Of a stretch of DNA of 64,000 bases, positions 1 through 12,300 are shown one piece after another. The notes under the pieces were generated by a model, which was not told the origin of the DNA, did no database searches, and worked only from the letters and a program-made list of their open reading frames with translations. The stretch comes from Candidatus Omnitrophota bacterium (GTDB taxonomy: Bacteria; Omnitrophota; Gorgyraeia; Gygaellales; Profunditerraquicolaceae). Location of the stretch: the NCBI GenBank assembly GCA_028717245.1, contig JAQUOD010000002.1, positions 76,772-140,771 of the forward strand. The letters are read 5' to 3'. Made by a program: the position numbers and the translations under genes. Within the stretch, counting starts at the first letter, position 1; every line of letters starts with the position of its first letter.

Positions 1-330
1 ATTAAGGTTGTGGGGCAACCATCAACTGAAACAAGCCAGCCAGCAGAAACTACCACTTCGCCTGCGGATACAGGAACGAAAGAGCAGCAGCCAGCCCAAG
101 CTCCAGTGCCAGTCGAGCCAGAAACCCCAACCTCAGCTCCGACCGCGGTTCCTGCGTCAACGCCAACAGCCGAAGAACCTGCGCCTACTCTTGCTCCGGC
201 CGCAACAGAGCAGCCCGGCGAGCAAGAAGAGGCTGAGGTTAAGGTTGAGGGCGAAAAAGCTCCGGCCGCGGCTCCCGTTGAAGCGAAGCAAGCAGAGGAA
301 AAAGCAGCCGAAGCGCAAGCTGAAAAGGAT
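1..330 (+). other. Low-complexity Pro/Thr/Ala/Glu-rich linker ([16 protein letters not shown]...[16 protein letters not shown])
   Basis: Direct translation of frame +1. Confidence 0.6.
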
Positions 331-3300
331 TTTGAAGCTGTGGAGAAATTATATGAAGAAAAGAATTATGCGGATGCCATAGAGGCATATACCCGGATAA
401 TCAAACTAGCAGAACAGATGAGTAAACAGTCTGGTTGGTGGGTTACTAAATACGCATATTTTGGGCGAGGGATGTGTTATGTAAAACTTGAGCAAACCGC
501 AAGGGCAAGAGACGATTTCCTGATGTCGATAAAGAATGGTAATGACGCTTGGTCTAGCATTATGCTCTTAAAGTTCAAAGACGCCTCGCTATTAAATGAA
601 ACCATAGATAAGATTTTAGAAGTAAAGGTTAATGAAAAGGACGATGTGTATGCTTTAAGTAGCCAAGCATATTGCTTGTTAGATTATGCAAGACGCACAA
701 AGGGAACAGCAAGGCAGGCGCAGTTATTAAATAAGGCAGGGGAATGTTTTAAAGCAACAGTTGGAAGATGGAAAGAGGTCAAATACGAAGAACATGAAGA
801 AACGACCGAGAAAAATATAAAAGAGATAGAAAGCGAGTTAGCCAAATTAACAGGAAACAGGGACGGTTCTAACGGCCCGGCAGCACCCAAAGATGCTTCA
901 GCAAATGGATTACCCAGGCCGCTGGTGAATATAGCGGTGAAATTGTCGCAGTTATTAGCCGGCAAAAATATCAGGGATTGGGCGTGGAGGTTAACGGATG
1001 AAGACTTAAATAGAATACAGACGGCAGCAACTTTATTAAAAGATAAAGGATGCATAAAGGATGAAGAAGAAGCAATGGGTATCCGGTTTATCCGTGCCCC
1101 GCCATCTTGGCTGCTGAAGATTTTATGGAGAATTATTAGTGCTGTAAATTATGTGGATGCGCAAGGAATCATTTACATAATCCTGCCTGGAAATGCCCCA
1201 TCCTACAAGATTGCCCATGAAATCTGGGCAGTATTAAATGATACAAAATATCATACAGAAAATCCGATAAAACTCGGTAAAGATAATTCAGCCCAGCCGC
1301 AAGCCACAAAGAAAGCTACCACGCCAGACCCATCCGCCGCGCCAGCCCAGGTAACCCCCACCCGACATAATATTCTGTTATTCGGCGCAATAATTTTAGC
1401 TGCAGCGGTGTTCGGCGGATTGAATGTTTCGTTTGCTTATGCCTCAGCTAAGGCAGGGCAAACAGGAGAAGGCATTGCATTAGTTATTATTATACCTCTT
1501 GTTATTATCGGGTTTAGGTATTGCTTGCCATATATAATTAGAAATTGGCAGAGGCAAAGAAAGCAAAAGCTTAGCCGCAGACTCGGCAATTATAGGGATA
1601 AAAGCGGGGAGGCAGCTGTCATAAAGGAAATTGAGGGAATAGCAGAGTATAAAAATCCGGATGATCTAAAGAAAGTAAACGCTCTTATCGCATTATTATA
1701 TTGCGGGACTCCGGATATACAACAAGCTGCAGCGCAGGCCTTAGGTGAATTAAAAAGTGATAAAAAAGCAATTAAGAGGGCAATGCGCGTTTTGTCTAAA
1801 ATAGCTTGGAATAGCGGTATGGATAGTAAAACCAATAACGCAGCGGAAAAAGCTTATTTTAAGTTAGCGGATGAGATGGACTTAATAGAAAAAATAAAGG
1901 CCGCAATAGATGGTAATAAAGAAGCAAAAGAAGAAGCAATAGAAGCTATTTACAATAAGGCAGATGGGATAAATAAAGAACTTATTGTTCACAGCCAGGC
2001 AGTGTATGTGGATTTCTACGGTTGGGTAGAGCACTTAATAAGGAATGGGCATAGCAAGTCTTTGTATATGGTAATTACAGCACAAAGAGGAGAATTAAAA
2101 GAAATTAAGTCATTAGTAAATAAAATTATTGCTATACAAGGACGTTTCGAGAGAATTGAGCAAAGACACGGCGCTCTTTCTGAAGAAGAACTCGATGATC
2201 TCGATATAGCCGGGTCATGGTTTTATGCCGCTGATATAAATGAATTAAGAAAGTGTCTGAAGATTTTTAAAGATTTTACTAAGAGAAACGGGAATATACC
2301 TCTAATAGATGCCCTTAAGAAAATTGCGATGGTAGCGATGAGGACTTTATTCCAGCCGCGGGGGGAAAGAGTAAAAATAGGAAGTAGAACGCCGGAAGAC
2401 ATAGTTGATATGAAAACTAGAAGCCTGAGGATGCCTAGGGAAGAAGCGGATGCTTTAATAATACGAGGCAGGGTCATAGGTGTTAAAGATGTTTGTTGCG
2501 AATTGCCGGCTATGCGCGAAACTCCCGATATGGCTGAGGTGGCGGGTAATGTGCCGGGGGGTGATTATAAGATAACTAACGCAGGGTCCGGCTGCTCAAT
2601 ACTTAAAACTATCGAGGTGACATCCTGTTTAATTTTAGCAATTTATGATGACAAAAATCATGTAGGGCTTCTGGCGCAATTTCCTTATTTTTATTCCATT
2701 GAGGAAACCTTAGAAAAGATGCTCTCCGATTTAAAAGAAAAAGGCGCAGATAGAAATAATCTCAAGGTAAGAATTAGTGTGGGCTATACATGGTGGAATA
2801 CTCTTTATAGAGGTATGTTAAGCGAGCCAATAAAATCTTCTTATAACGGCTTTGATAATTACCTCGCTCAATATTTTGACCCGCGGGGGGCAGGGATTGA
2901 TAGGGAACTCATCGCTGCGTTTATTGATAAAAGAATCCCTGTGGAAATTATCTGGCATCCCGCAGAAGCCCGGTCTATCGCCTTTGATACTAAGACAGGT
3001 AAGTTATATAATTTGCGTGCTCCAATTGGCAGGGGGCGCAGTTTTAGCGGCTTAGCCGGTATAGCGCTTTTATTTGTAGCTGCGCTGGCGGTGGTAGATT
3101 TGATTGTGAGAGTGCCCGGACTTGAGTCTCCTATATTATTGGGAATGGCGTTTGGTATAGGGCCAACCGGTCCTTTTGGTAAGAAATATCCATATTTTGG
3201 TTCTGTAAGAGAACCGGCCAGGCAAATCTTATTAAAGTTGACCTATAACGATTTACCCGATAATGTAAAGAAAATATTTGAGGCAATGTATAGTGAGGGA

Positions 3301-6300
3301 GATATCAGTAAAGGCGCATTAGAGGTATGGGTAGAACGTACCTTCGGGAAATTTCAGGCCGAGCAGAAATTAAGGGAGGCGCTTGAGGTATTAAAAGATT
3401 TAACGCCTGAGAGACTTGAGGCCTTAGGCATTGCCAGAAGCGGTAACGGTATACCCCAAATAGGTAGTTTGGCAGGAAGAGCCTTCTTTAATGAACGGCT
3501 GGATTTGGATAGAGATATGTTAGAAGCGCTAAATGCTTTGGAAATAGTATCTAATAGAGATGTGCTTCCGGATTCCCAGTATGCTCATCTAGCCAATATT
3601 AGCCTGGTGCATTTGATAATTTTATATAAGGTTTACCGGAATAAAGTCTACAGGAGAGGATTGGGATTAAGCGAGAAGGATAATAATTTCATAGATTTCA
3701 TATATAAAGTTTACCGCGGAAGAGCGGAAACGGAAAAAATAAGAAAGTTATTTCAGAATCTTACCCTGCAAGACTTGCAAGAACTTTCTAAATATACAAA
3801 TCCTGAGGATAGGTTGAATACGATACAGCATAAATTGAAAGAAATGATTAACAAGCTTAAAAATGATTGTCCCACAGAGGGAGAGAGAATAGAAATGATA
3901 AAGGGGCTTTTAGAGGGATTACCGGCAGGGCAAGAGCCTATGTTACGCATCTTAAATGAAGACTGCGAAAGGTTAGCAAAGGCAGCGCCCCTCTATCCTT
4001 ATTTGATAAAAGCTATTTGTGACCACTACTCCCGTAAGTTCGGCAAGCATTGGCTTTTGCTTTTTGTGGCCAGAGACGCCGGATCATATTTTGAAACAAT
4101 TGACCAGATGGTTAAAGTGGGCTTGATAGATGCCATCTTTTCTATTATTTATGTAAGCGGAGCAAATTATCCCGAAGCAAGGAACGCCTTCTACCAGGGC
4201 ATTAAGACAAAAGAGGAATTTGAAAGGGAATTAGAAAATAATCCCGAACTCAGGTCAGAGGTTGAACGGCTTATCCAGCAGATGAAAGATTTGAAAATTT
4301 TAAATTATGAGCAGTTAGTCATTATGGATTCCTGGGGAACGGGGGCCACCCCTTTATTTATGAAATTGACTATGGAGCACTGTTTAGCTGAATTAGGCAG
4401 GAGGATGAAAGTAAAGCCGATAATAAACGCAGAAATACTGGAAGTAAAGCTTAAAGAAATTAATAGCAAGGGCGAAAAAGTAAGCCCGAACACAGAAAGC
4501 CGTATTAATGTTACCACCCTATTGGAGTTACTCGATGATGAGAAACTTGATAAAGAATTAGTAGCTAAATTAGAAAATTCTATTAATGCGGTTGCGGCCG
4601 AATATAAACTTTGGCCGGTAGAACCCGGATTCCTGCCCGGTAAGCCCGAGGGCATACTTTTCTCTTATCTGCGCGCCATGCTTACCTATAATAGTATAAT
4701 TGAGTATATGAATAGTTCAAAAGGCCCGGATGATTCCGCTACCACAAACGGCAAAAATAACGCTCCTATGGGCGGCTTTGACCCGGCCCGCACAGACGGT
4801 TTGGATAGGCTCCCGGCAGAAAAAACAGAGGAAGCGCGGGCAAAGCTAAGAGGCATTATTAATGATTATGTCAGAAACTCCAAGGATGAGATTTTTGGCC
4901 TTAAGGAGATAGAGTCTGATGCGCAATCAAAGCTGAAGGTTATCGGTATATTGAAACAGGGAGGTTATCGCGATATAGCAAAAATCTTACGCCACTCCTT
5001 AGTAGCGCGCGCTCCGCCCGGATTCGGGTTAATAAAAGCAATCCAAGATTTTGAAAAAGAGTATGGTGTAATTGTGTATGCCGTTAACATCCCCGCCAAT
5101 CTTTCCCCGGTAAAGCAGAATATCATTGTAATCATTAATCAGGCAGAAGAAGAGTTAACCCCTTCTATTGCTCACGAAGCAGCCAGCCTCAAAGGGTTAT
5201 CCGATGAAGAATGTAAGGCATTTGAAGATAAATACACCCGTTTAGAAAACAGATACCTAAAAGCAGAAAACTCCGCGTTAAGAAATGAGGTTATGGTTGA
5301 TGGGCTAACCCGGTCTTTTAACCGCAGGTATTTTGACCTGTCTTTATCTACAGAAATAAAAGAGGCGCTAAGATATAAATACCCCTTGTCTTTATTGATT
5401 TGCGACATAGATAATTTTAAGCGCGTCAATGATAGCTATGGCCATCAGGCAGGGGATTCTGTTTTGCAAGAATTATCCGGGCTCATAAAGAACGCGGTAA
5501 GGGCAAGCGATATAGTCTGCAGGTATGGGGGAGAAGAATTCGTGATTATATTGCCTCATACCAGCGAGGAAAAAGCAGCGGTTGCCGCTGAAAAGATTAG
5601 AAAGATAGTTAAGATGTACAGATTTAACGCCCTCGCAGATGGCATAAAAATAGGGCTTACAGTAAGTATAGGAGTGGTGAGTTTAGGGGATTGCGTTTCT
5701 ACGGAAGAACATCTCATAAAGAGTGCGGATGCTGCCTTGTATTATTCTAAGGCGCAAGGAAGAAATCAGGTTACCCGTTATTCCCGGATGCCAAGAGCCG
5801 TCGATTCCGCCTGCGAAGCGGACAATAATGATTCTTATAAAGTCCTTGAGATGGGCGCGGGCTACGGGTATTCCTTACTTCAGTTAAGAGAACTCCATCC
5901 TGAATGGGAGATCACTGGTATTGATAAGGACAGCCTTGTAATTGAAGTAGCCAAAGAAAGCTGCGGCGAAAAGATTGAAAACATGGATGCTACGAGTACT
6001 TCCTTTGCAGATGGAACGTTTGATTTAGTCATCATAAATTATCCTTTGGATACCAATACGGTCCTGAACGGTTTCTTGAAGGAGGCGTGTCGGGTTCTCA
6101 AAGTGGACGGAAGAGTAGAAATTGTGACTGAGGCTCCTCGCTTTGGTAATCATTTCTCGGTTGAGCAAGCAAACATTTTACTTTCTGAAAATGGCTTTAG
6201 GAAGATAAAGATAGGCCCGCGGCCAGCAGATTATCCTAAATCTAATTTTGATTATCTTGACCTTGATCCTACCGGAAAATTCCACCCCATAAATCCGTTC

Positions 6301-9300
6301 CTTATTGCCGGGTATAAAAAGTCTTTCGCGCCCGTTCCCGGATTGAATATGCCTCCGGCGCAGGAAACGGGAGAAAATGCTCTCGCTCAGCTTTTTTTAA
6401 ATCGCTTATATACGGCTGCTAAGGAGAAATCAGGGGTAAGGGCCATGGCGATGGTGGATACTTACTTGAAACTCTATCTTTATGATTCCGTGCCTGTTGT
6501 GGCTTTACCCGGCTCTTTTACGTTAGAGCTGTTTAAAGGAAAAGCAACGCAGGAACAGTTAGAGCAGATTAAGGCCGTGAAAGAAATATTATCCATACCC
6601 GAAATTAGCGCGTTGACCGGGCACGATAAAAATAAGGAGAACGAATTCCTGACTAAATATGTTTATGCACATTTTGCGTCTCTTAAAATTGGAAAAAAGC
6701 AAAGCATCCTTTCCATATTGCCTTTTATCGGTGCCACTCTTCAAGGGGCAGTAATTCAAGGAACAGCTTATTCGTCCAACATCCTTAGCAGTCCTATTTT
6801 CTGGGGGTTAGTGGTTGCGGTTGGTTTGACAGGTGCATTGGTTTATATGGTTAGGAATTGGGGGAAAGTTAAAGATGTTCTAATCCGCAGCCCGCCTGCC
6901 TTAAAGAAGGCAGTTTCTGTCTTTGCGGCGGCATTAATATTTATTGCCATTCCTGCGCTTACTTTTACCTGCACGCCGCAGTCCGCTACACCGCCTATTA
7001 TTCCTCCAGCACAAGAACAACCCGTAATTCCCCTCACAGAGGAACCCGTAAACATAAAGATTGCCCCTGGAGATGTTGTTGCCGAAGAGCTAATCAAGAC
7101 AACCATAGCTAACCTTTCTTCTTTACCCACTCGTTATATTGGCACTCCTGAGAATATAGGAACCGCAATATTTATAAAAGACCTGCTAAAAACATATGGC
7201 TATAAAGATGCAAAGAACACTAATAACGAACCTTATTATTTGTACAAAGAGTTAGAAAGCGGCATACCCTTATATGTTGCGGCAGTTATTCCAGGAAAAG
7301 TTAACGGCGCGAAAAATATTATCCTCTCAGCCCATTTTGATGCTTTTTATGCCGGCGCAGATGATAATGCTTCGGGCGTTGCGGCGCTGTTAGAGATATC
7401 AAGGTTATTAACAAATACGCATCCTGATAGCGCTATTTATGTTGTATTTACAAATGCTGAAGAGTTTGACGGCTTGGGAGTAAATTCCTTTATTAAAGAT
7501 ATGGTTGAAGAGGAGCGCGTAGAACCAGCGAATAGTATAGTGTTGGATGTTGATTCCATTGGCCAATCGCACCTTAGTATTGAGGATAATAATGGAGAAA
7601 ACAGAGAACCCCGGATTTGGATAACTTCAGTAGATGCTCCGAACCAGATAGAGCCAGTATCCTTATATTACGATACTTCATTGCCGTATAAATTATATGT
7701 AGACTCCAATAAAATGCAGCCACTCTCCGGCGAAAGTAATGCGTGCGTGTTTGCTTATTATGGATTTCCTGCAGTAACTATTTCTGGCATATCGCGTTCA
7801 CAAGCCCAAGAAGTTAAAATCTTTCATACAACCAAAGACGCTTATGGCCGGGTATCCACCGAAGCAGTTAATAGTATTACATCCTGGTTATTAGAAGTTG
7901 TATCCAAGAGGTCAGGTTTATCCGAAGAAATAAAATCCGCAGAAAGTGTGCTTATTTATTCCGATTTGAAAGTTGAAACTTCTGATTATACGGATAATTT
8001 AAGTATTTCATGCAATAAATCGGGTTTTGACTTTATGAATTTGGGTGATTTTGTGGTATCAGAGAGAGGTTACTCTATGGTTTCCGAGTGGACAGAGTTT
8101 TTAAAGAAGAGGTTCCCAACGTATGGTGAATATTTAAAAGGGATTAAATATGGTTATATAAGAGGCCAGTGGGGGGTATCTGGTAATACAGTTGCACACG
8201 CAGATACAAACGGAGGTATAATCGAGGTCGGATTTCCTTTGGAACCTTACCCGATGCGTAATGGTTTATTTGTTTCTTCTCCGTATGGAGGGCATTATTT
8301 CTCTCCTGAAGTTGTAATAACGCATGAATTGGGGCATCTAATTTTGGAGAAAAAGTTTGGCATAGACAAAGGCCAACCGGCATCTGTGGGTGTAAGCAGC
8401 AAAATAGAAGACTTAGGTTATAGCATTCCTTATGTAAATCAATTAGACGAGCTCATAGTTACAGATCTTGCATATAAGTTGTTATACGGAAGAATACCAA
8501 CCGAAGGATATTTTACCGGAAAAATATTCGAATCAAAGGATTACGGCTCTAAGATTAATTGGGAAAGTGTAAAAATAGATTTAAGTTCTACTGAAGAAGC
8601 AAGAGAAGCATTTCTTAAATACTTATTTAATGAAATAGGAGTTGATCAAGATACAGATTTGTTAAAAGAACCTGATTTATCTATTTCAAGATACATTCCA
8701 TTTTTACCCGTTGGAACCGTTATCTCTGGCGGGATTATAGTAAAACCCGAAGATGTAAAAGACGCAGGACCATTCTTCCCGAATTCATTATTACCTACTG
8801 TTATCCCGCAGATGTTATTGCCGGTTGCAGGCGCAATTAACCAGAGAAATAAGAGACTTGTTCAGAAAGGCAAAGTTACTATATTACGTTCAATCATTGT
8901 TGTTTTAGTGGGCCTGGGTGTGGGGCTTGGTGCGTGGTTATCGGCAGCTTTCTTTGGCCCTTCAGCTCCTGTTAACGCCGCCGAGCTTCAAGCGGCAGTA
9001 ACTCCGGCGGAAGCTTCTTCGTCCAACATCCTTAGCAGTCCTATTTTTTGGATAGGAGCAGGGATAGCTGGATTAATGGCTGCGTATCGCTTGGGCATAC
9101 TTAAGAAGGCCTGGCAGGTTGTCCACAGGGCTCTCAGCCCGCCTGCTTTGAAGAAAGCTTTCCTCGGCTTCATAGCATTAGTGCTCATTTCTATTTCTGT
9201 ATCTATCTCATCCTGCAGCTGTAAACCAGAATCAACTCCAACGCCGCCTGCCGCTATAGAAAAATCGGCTCCACCAATTTCAACATCTATTGCGCCAGCG

Positions 9301-12300
9301 CCAACCGCACAGGCGCCTATCTCCCAGAAAGATATTTTAGCTATTACCAATTGGCTGAAAGCAAACGTCAGCACTACCACCGGCTTACCTTTCAGCTTCC
9401 AGATACCCGAAGATAAGAAGAAAGAAGTCTATAGCCGTATGGGAGAAGCTAATTCTGTAAAGGGGATTATTGAACGAATGATTGTAAATGAAGGCTTGGA
9501 AGTATATGACGGCGCTTGCTGGGGGATACTTCTTACAGCGAGCGGCGACAATAAGAACTTAGAGTTAGCCTTTATACCTATTAATACTTATTGGAACGGC
9601 TCCTTAGGCCAGTTGCAGACCATTAGGGCGGGTTTTGCAGGAAAGAATACAGACCAACCATTTATCTATGATATAAATAGCCCTACTTCCGTATCCGCTT
9701 CTTTGGCGGATAAAGGAAAACGCGGCTTTATCTTCAGGATTATTGATGCCAATGGAAAATATAATACTGCTGACCCGTTAGATGGGAAGACTTATCTCCA
9801 AGGGTTCCCTACCTGGCCTACTATCCACTGGGAAGATTGGAAACCTATTGCCGGCGAGAACGCTTGGATAAGTATGCAGGCAGCGCAGTATCATAACGTT
9901 AAGCATGACGCCGTTTCATTACAATTAGCAGAAGAATTAGCCAGGACAGCCATATTACTGCAGGCAGAGAACGGCGGTATTCGGATGGCTCCCATTGGCA
10001 CTTGGCATGAGCAAGGTTCCGAATTTTATTATTATGAAATCTCTACGGAAAATAACCACTCTTGGTATAGTGCCTTCAGGATGCTTTATCAGATAACCGG
10101 TAAGGATATTTACAAAAAAGCAATGGAAGGAATTGAACGCTACTTTAAATCTGTTTGGGATCCGGAAACCAATACCTTCTATCAGGGCGCGCATTACACT
10201 AATGGCCGGTGGGTTCTTAATAAGAGTGACTTTGCGGAGGATTGTCAGAGCTGGGGAATTGATGTCTTAGGGCCGCAGAAGATAGATTCCTGGTTTGGCG
10301 AAGGCGCCTCTTATAAGATGTGGAAGAAGACCAAAGAATTATCCGGATATTATCAGGGGAATAAATTATTGGGCGTGGGGTACACCGCTGAACATGATCA
10401 GCTTTCAGTAGAATGGACAAACGGTGGGATTTTTGCTACCAGAGAGTTAGCTACTTATTATCAAAATACCCATCCAGATTGGGCAAAAGAATGCGCTGCT
10501 GATGCCCAGAGCATGAGAGATGGAGTTGAGACTCTGAAACAGGAATCAAATGGCAAAACCGGTTACTCTTATTCTTTAAAGAGAGAATATATACCGTTTG
10601 GATGGTATTCACACGAACCGTCAGTTTTAAGCACTACATCTACTGCCTGGGTGGGATTTGTAGATTTAGGTTATAATCCTTTCTATTTAGGCGGAAAGTC
10701 AGGAGTAGTTCCTGCTACGGCACAATTACCGGCAGCTACTGCGAAAGCGACGCTGACTCCGACACCGACTCCAACTTCTGCTCCAATAACTCCCCAGCAG
10801 CAAGTGAAAAAGGCATTAGAGGTAGATTTAGGAAACTTACAATATTATTCCGGCACAGGCTGGGCTTCTTGCGCTGTGGACGTGGTCAATATTGACGCTT
10901 CAGGATACGATACGCTTAGAATTAAGGCATCAGGCAAGGCAGGGGATAAGTTTATTGTGCAGTTGCTTGATTCCTCTATGCACGATGATAGTTCAAGCGG
11001 GATAAGTTCAACAAAGGCCCTTTCCGGTAGCTCTCAAGAAGTAAATATACCTCTTTCAGAATTCCGCGGCGTAAATCTAAAGAGCGTGCGCCGGATTGCT
11101 ATCCATTATGGCCGAAGCGCCTGGGGCAGTGCTCTTAACCCGCAGGGAGCAGATATCGGATTAAACGGCATTACCTTTATTTCAACACGGACAGCCGGAC
11201 TTCTGCCGGTTGCGCCAACCACAGCTTCATTACCTTCTGTTCCTTTAGCCACTATTCCGTTAAATATGCTTCTAGCGTTGGCAGTTGGGCTTATCCAAAT
11301 AAAGAAAAGAAACAGCAAAATAAAAGGTTCTAATGTCGGACTCCTAAAGAAATCCGCAAAAGAATCTTTACAAGGTAAATCTAACTTTATAGGCGATTTA
11401 GCTATTAAGGCATATTTAACGAAGGGTTGCCTGTCAGGATTAAACAGGAGAGCGGCGATAGGAATACCTGTCGCGCTTATGCTCGCAGTAATCCCCGCCA
11501 TAATGCAAAACATCGAAGTTCGGGCGCAATCCGGGACATTACAGATAACCCCGCCAAGTAATCCACAATACGCTTCAGGCACGAATTGGGCCGCTCGTTG
11601 GGTAGATGTAGGAAATATCAATGTTTCAGAATACAGCGTTTTAAGGCTTAATCTATCAGGCAATGTTGGAAATAACTTTATTGCACAGTTATTAAATACC
11701 TCTATTACCGATGATAATAGTTCAGTTGGCAAAAGCCCGGTATATACTCTGACTGTTGCTTCTCAAGACATAGATATACCTCTTTCGGCATTCGCTGGCG
11801 CTAATTTGAGTAGTATTCGCAGGATTACTGTCCATTTCGGCGCGACCGCTTGGGGGAACTACCTTAATCCTCAAAACACAAATATAATAGTAAACAGGAT
11901 TGCCTTTGTTGACACTATTGCGCCTGCTATCTCCATAGTTGCTTCTTCAAACATCACCAGCTCTTCAGCGGTGATTACCTGGACTACCAATGAGCCAGCA
12001 GATTCGCAGGTAGAATACGGCACCGGCACAAGCTACGGCTCAACTACCAGCTTAGATGCTGCTTTAGTCACCAGCCATTCAGTTACTCTCACAGGCCTTG
12101 CACCCGGCACTACCTATCACTACTGCGTAAAGAGTAAAGATGCCGCAGGAAATCTCGCTCCCGGAACGGACAATACCTTTGTTACTCCTGCAGCTCCGAC
12201 TCCCACTCCGACGCCTACGCCTACACCGACGCCTACGCCGACACCTACACCAACTCCAACTCCAACTCCAACTCCGACTCCGACACCGACACCAACGCCG

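Noticed and set aside
8-382. Plus-strand ORFs in frames +2/+3 (for example 8-382, 34410-34784 and 40385-40630)
   Set aside because: They overlap the giant frame +1 ORF and are short. They translate to low-complexity basic peptides (RRLR, QLQL). They are out-of-frame readings of repetitive coding DNA, not genes.
11106-11732. Longest minus-strand ORF (208 aa); other minus-strand track ORFs include 36219-36635, 56463-56885 and 56671-57078
   Set aside because: All lie antisense to the continuous frame +1 coding sequence. Their repeats merely mirror the sense-strand repeats (for example (GV)n opposite (TP)n). I recognised no protein-family motifs in them. They are treated as spurious antisense ORFs.
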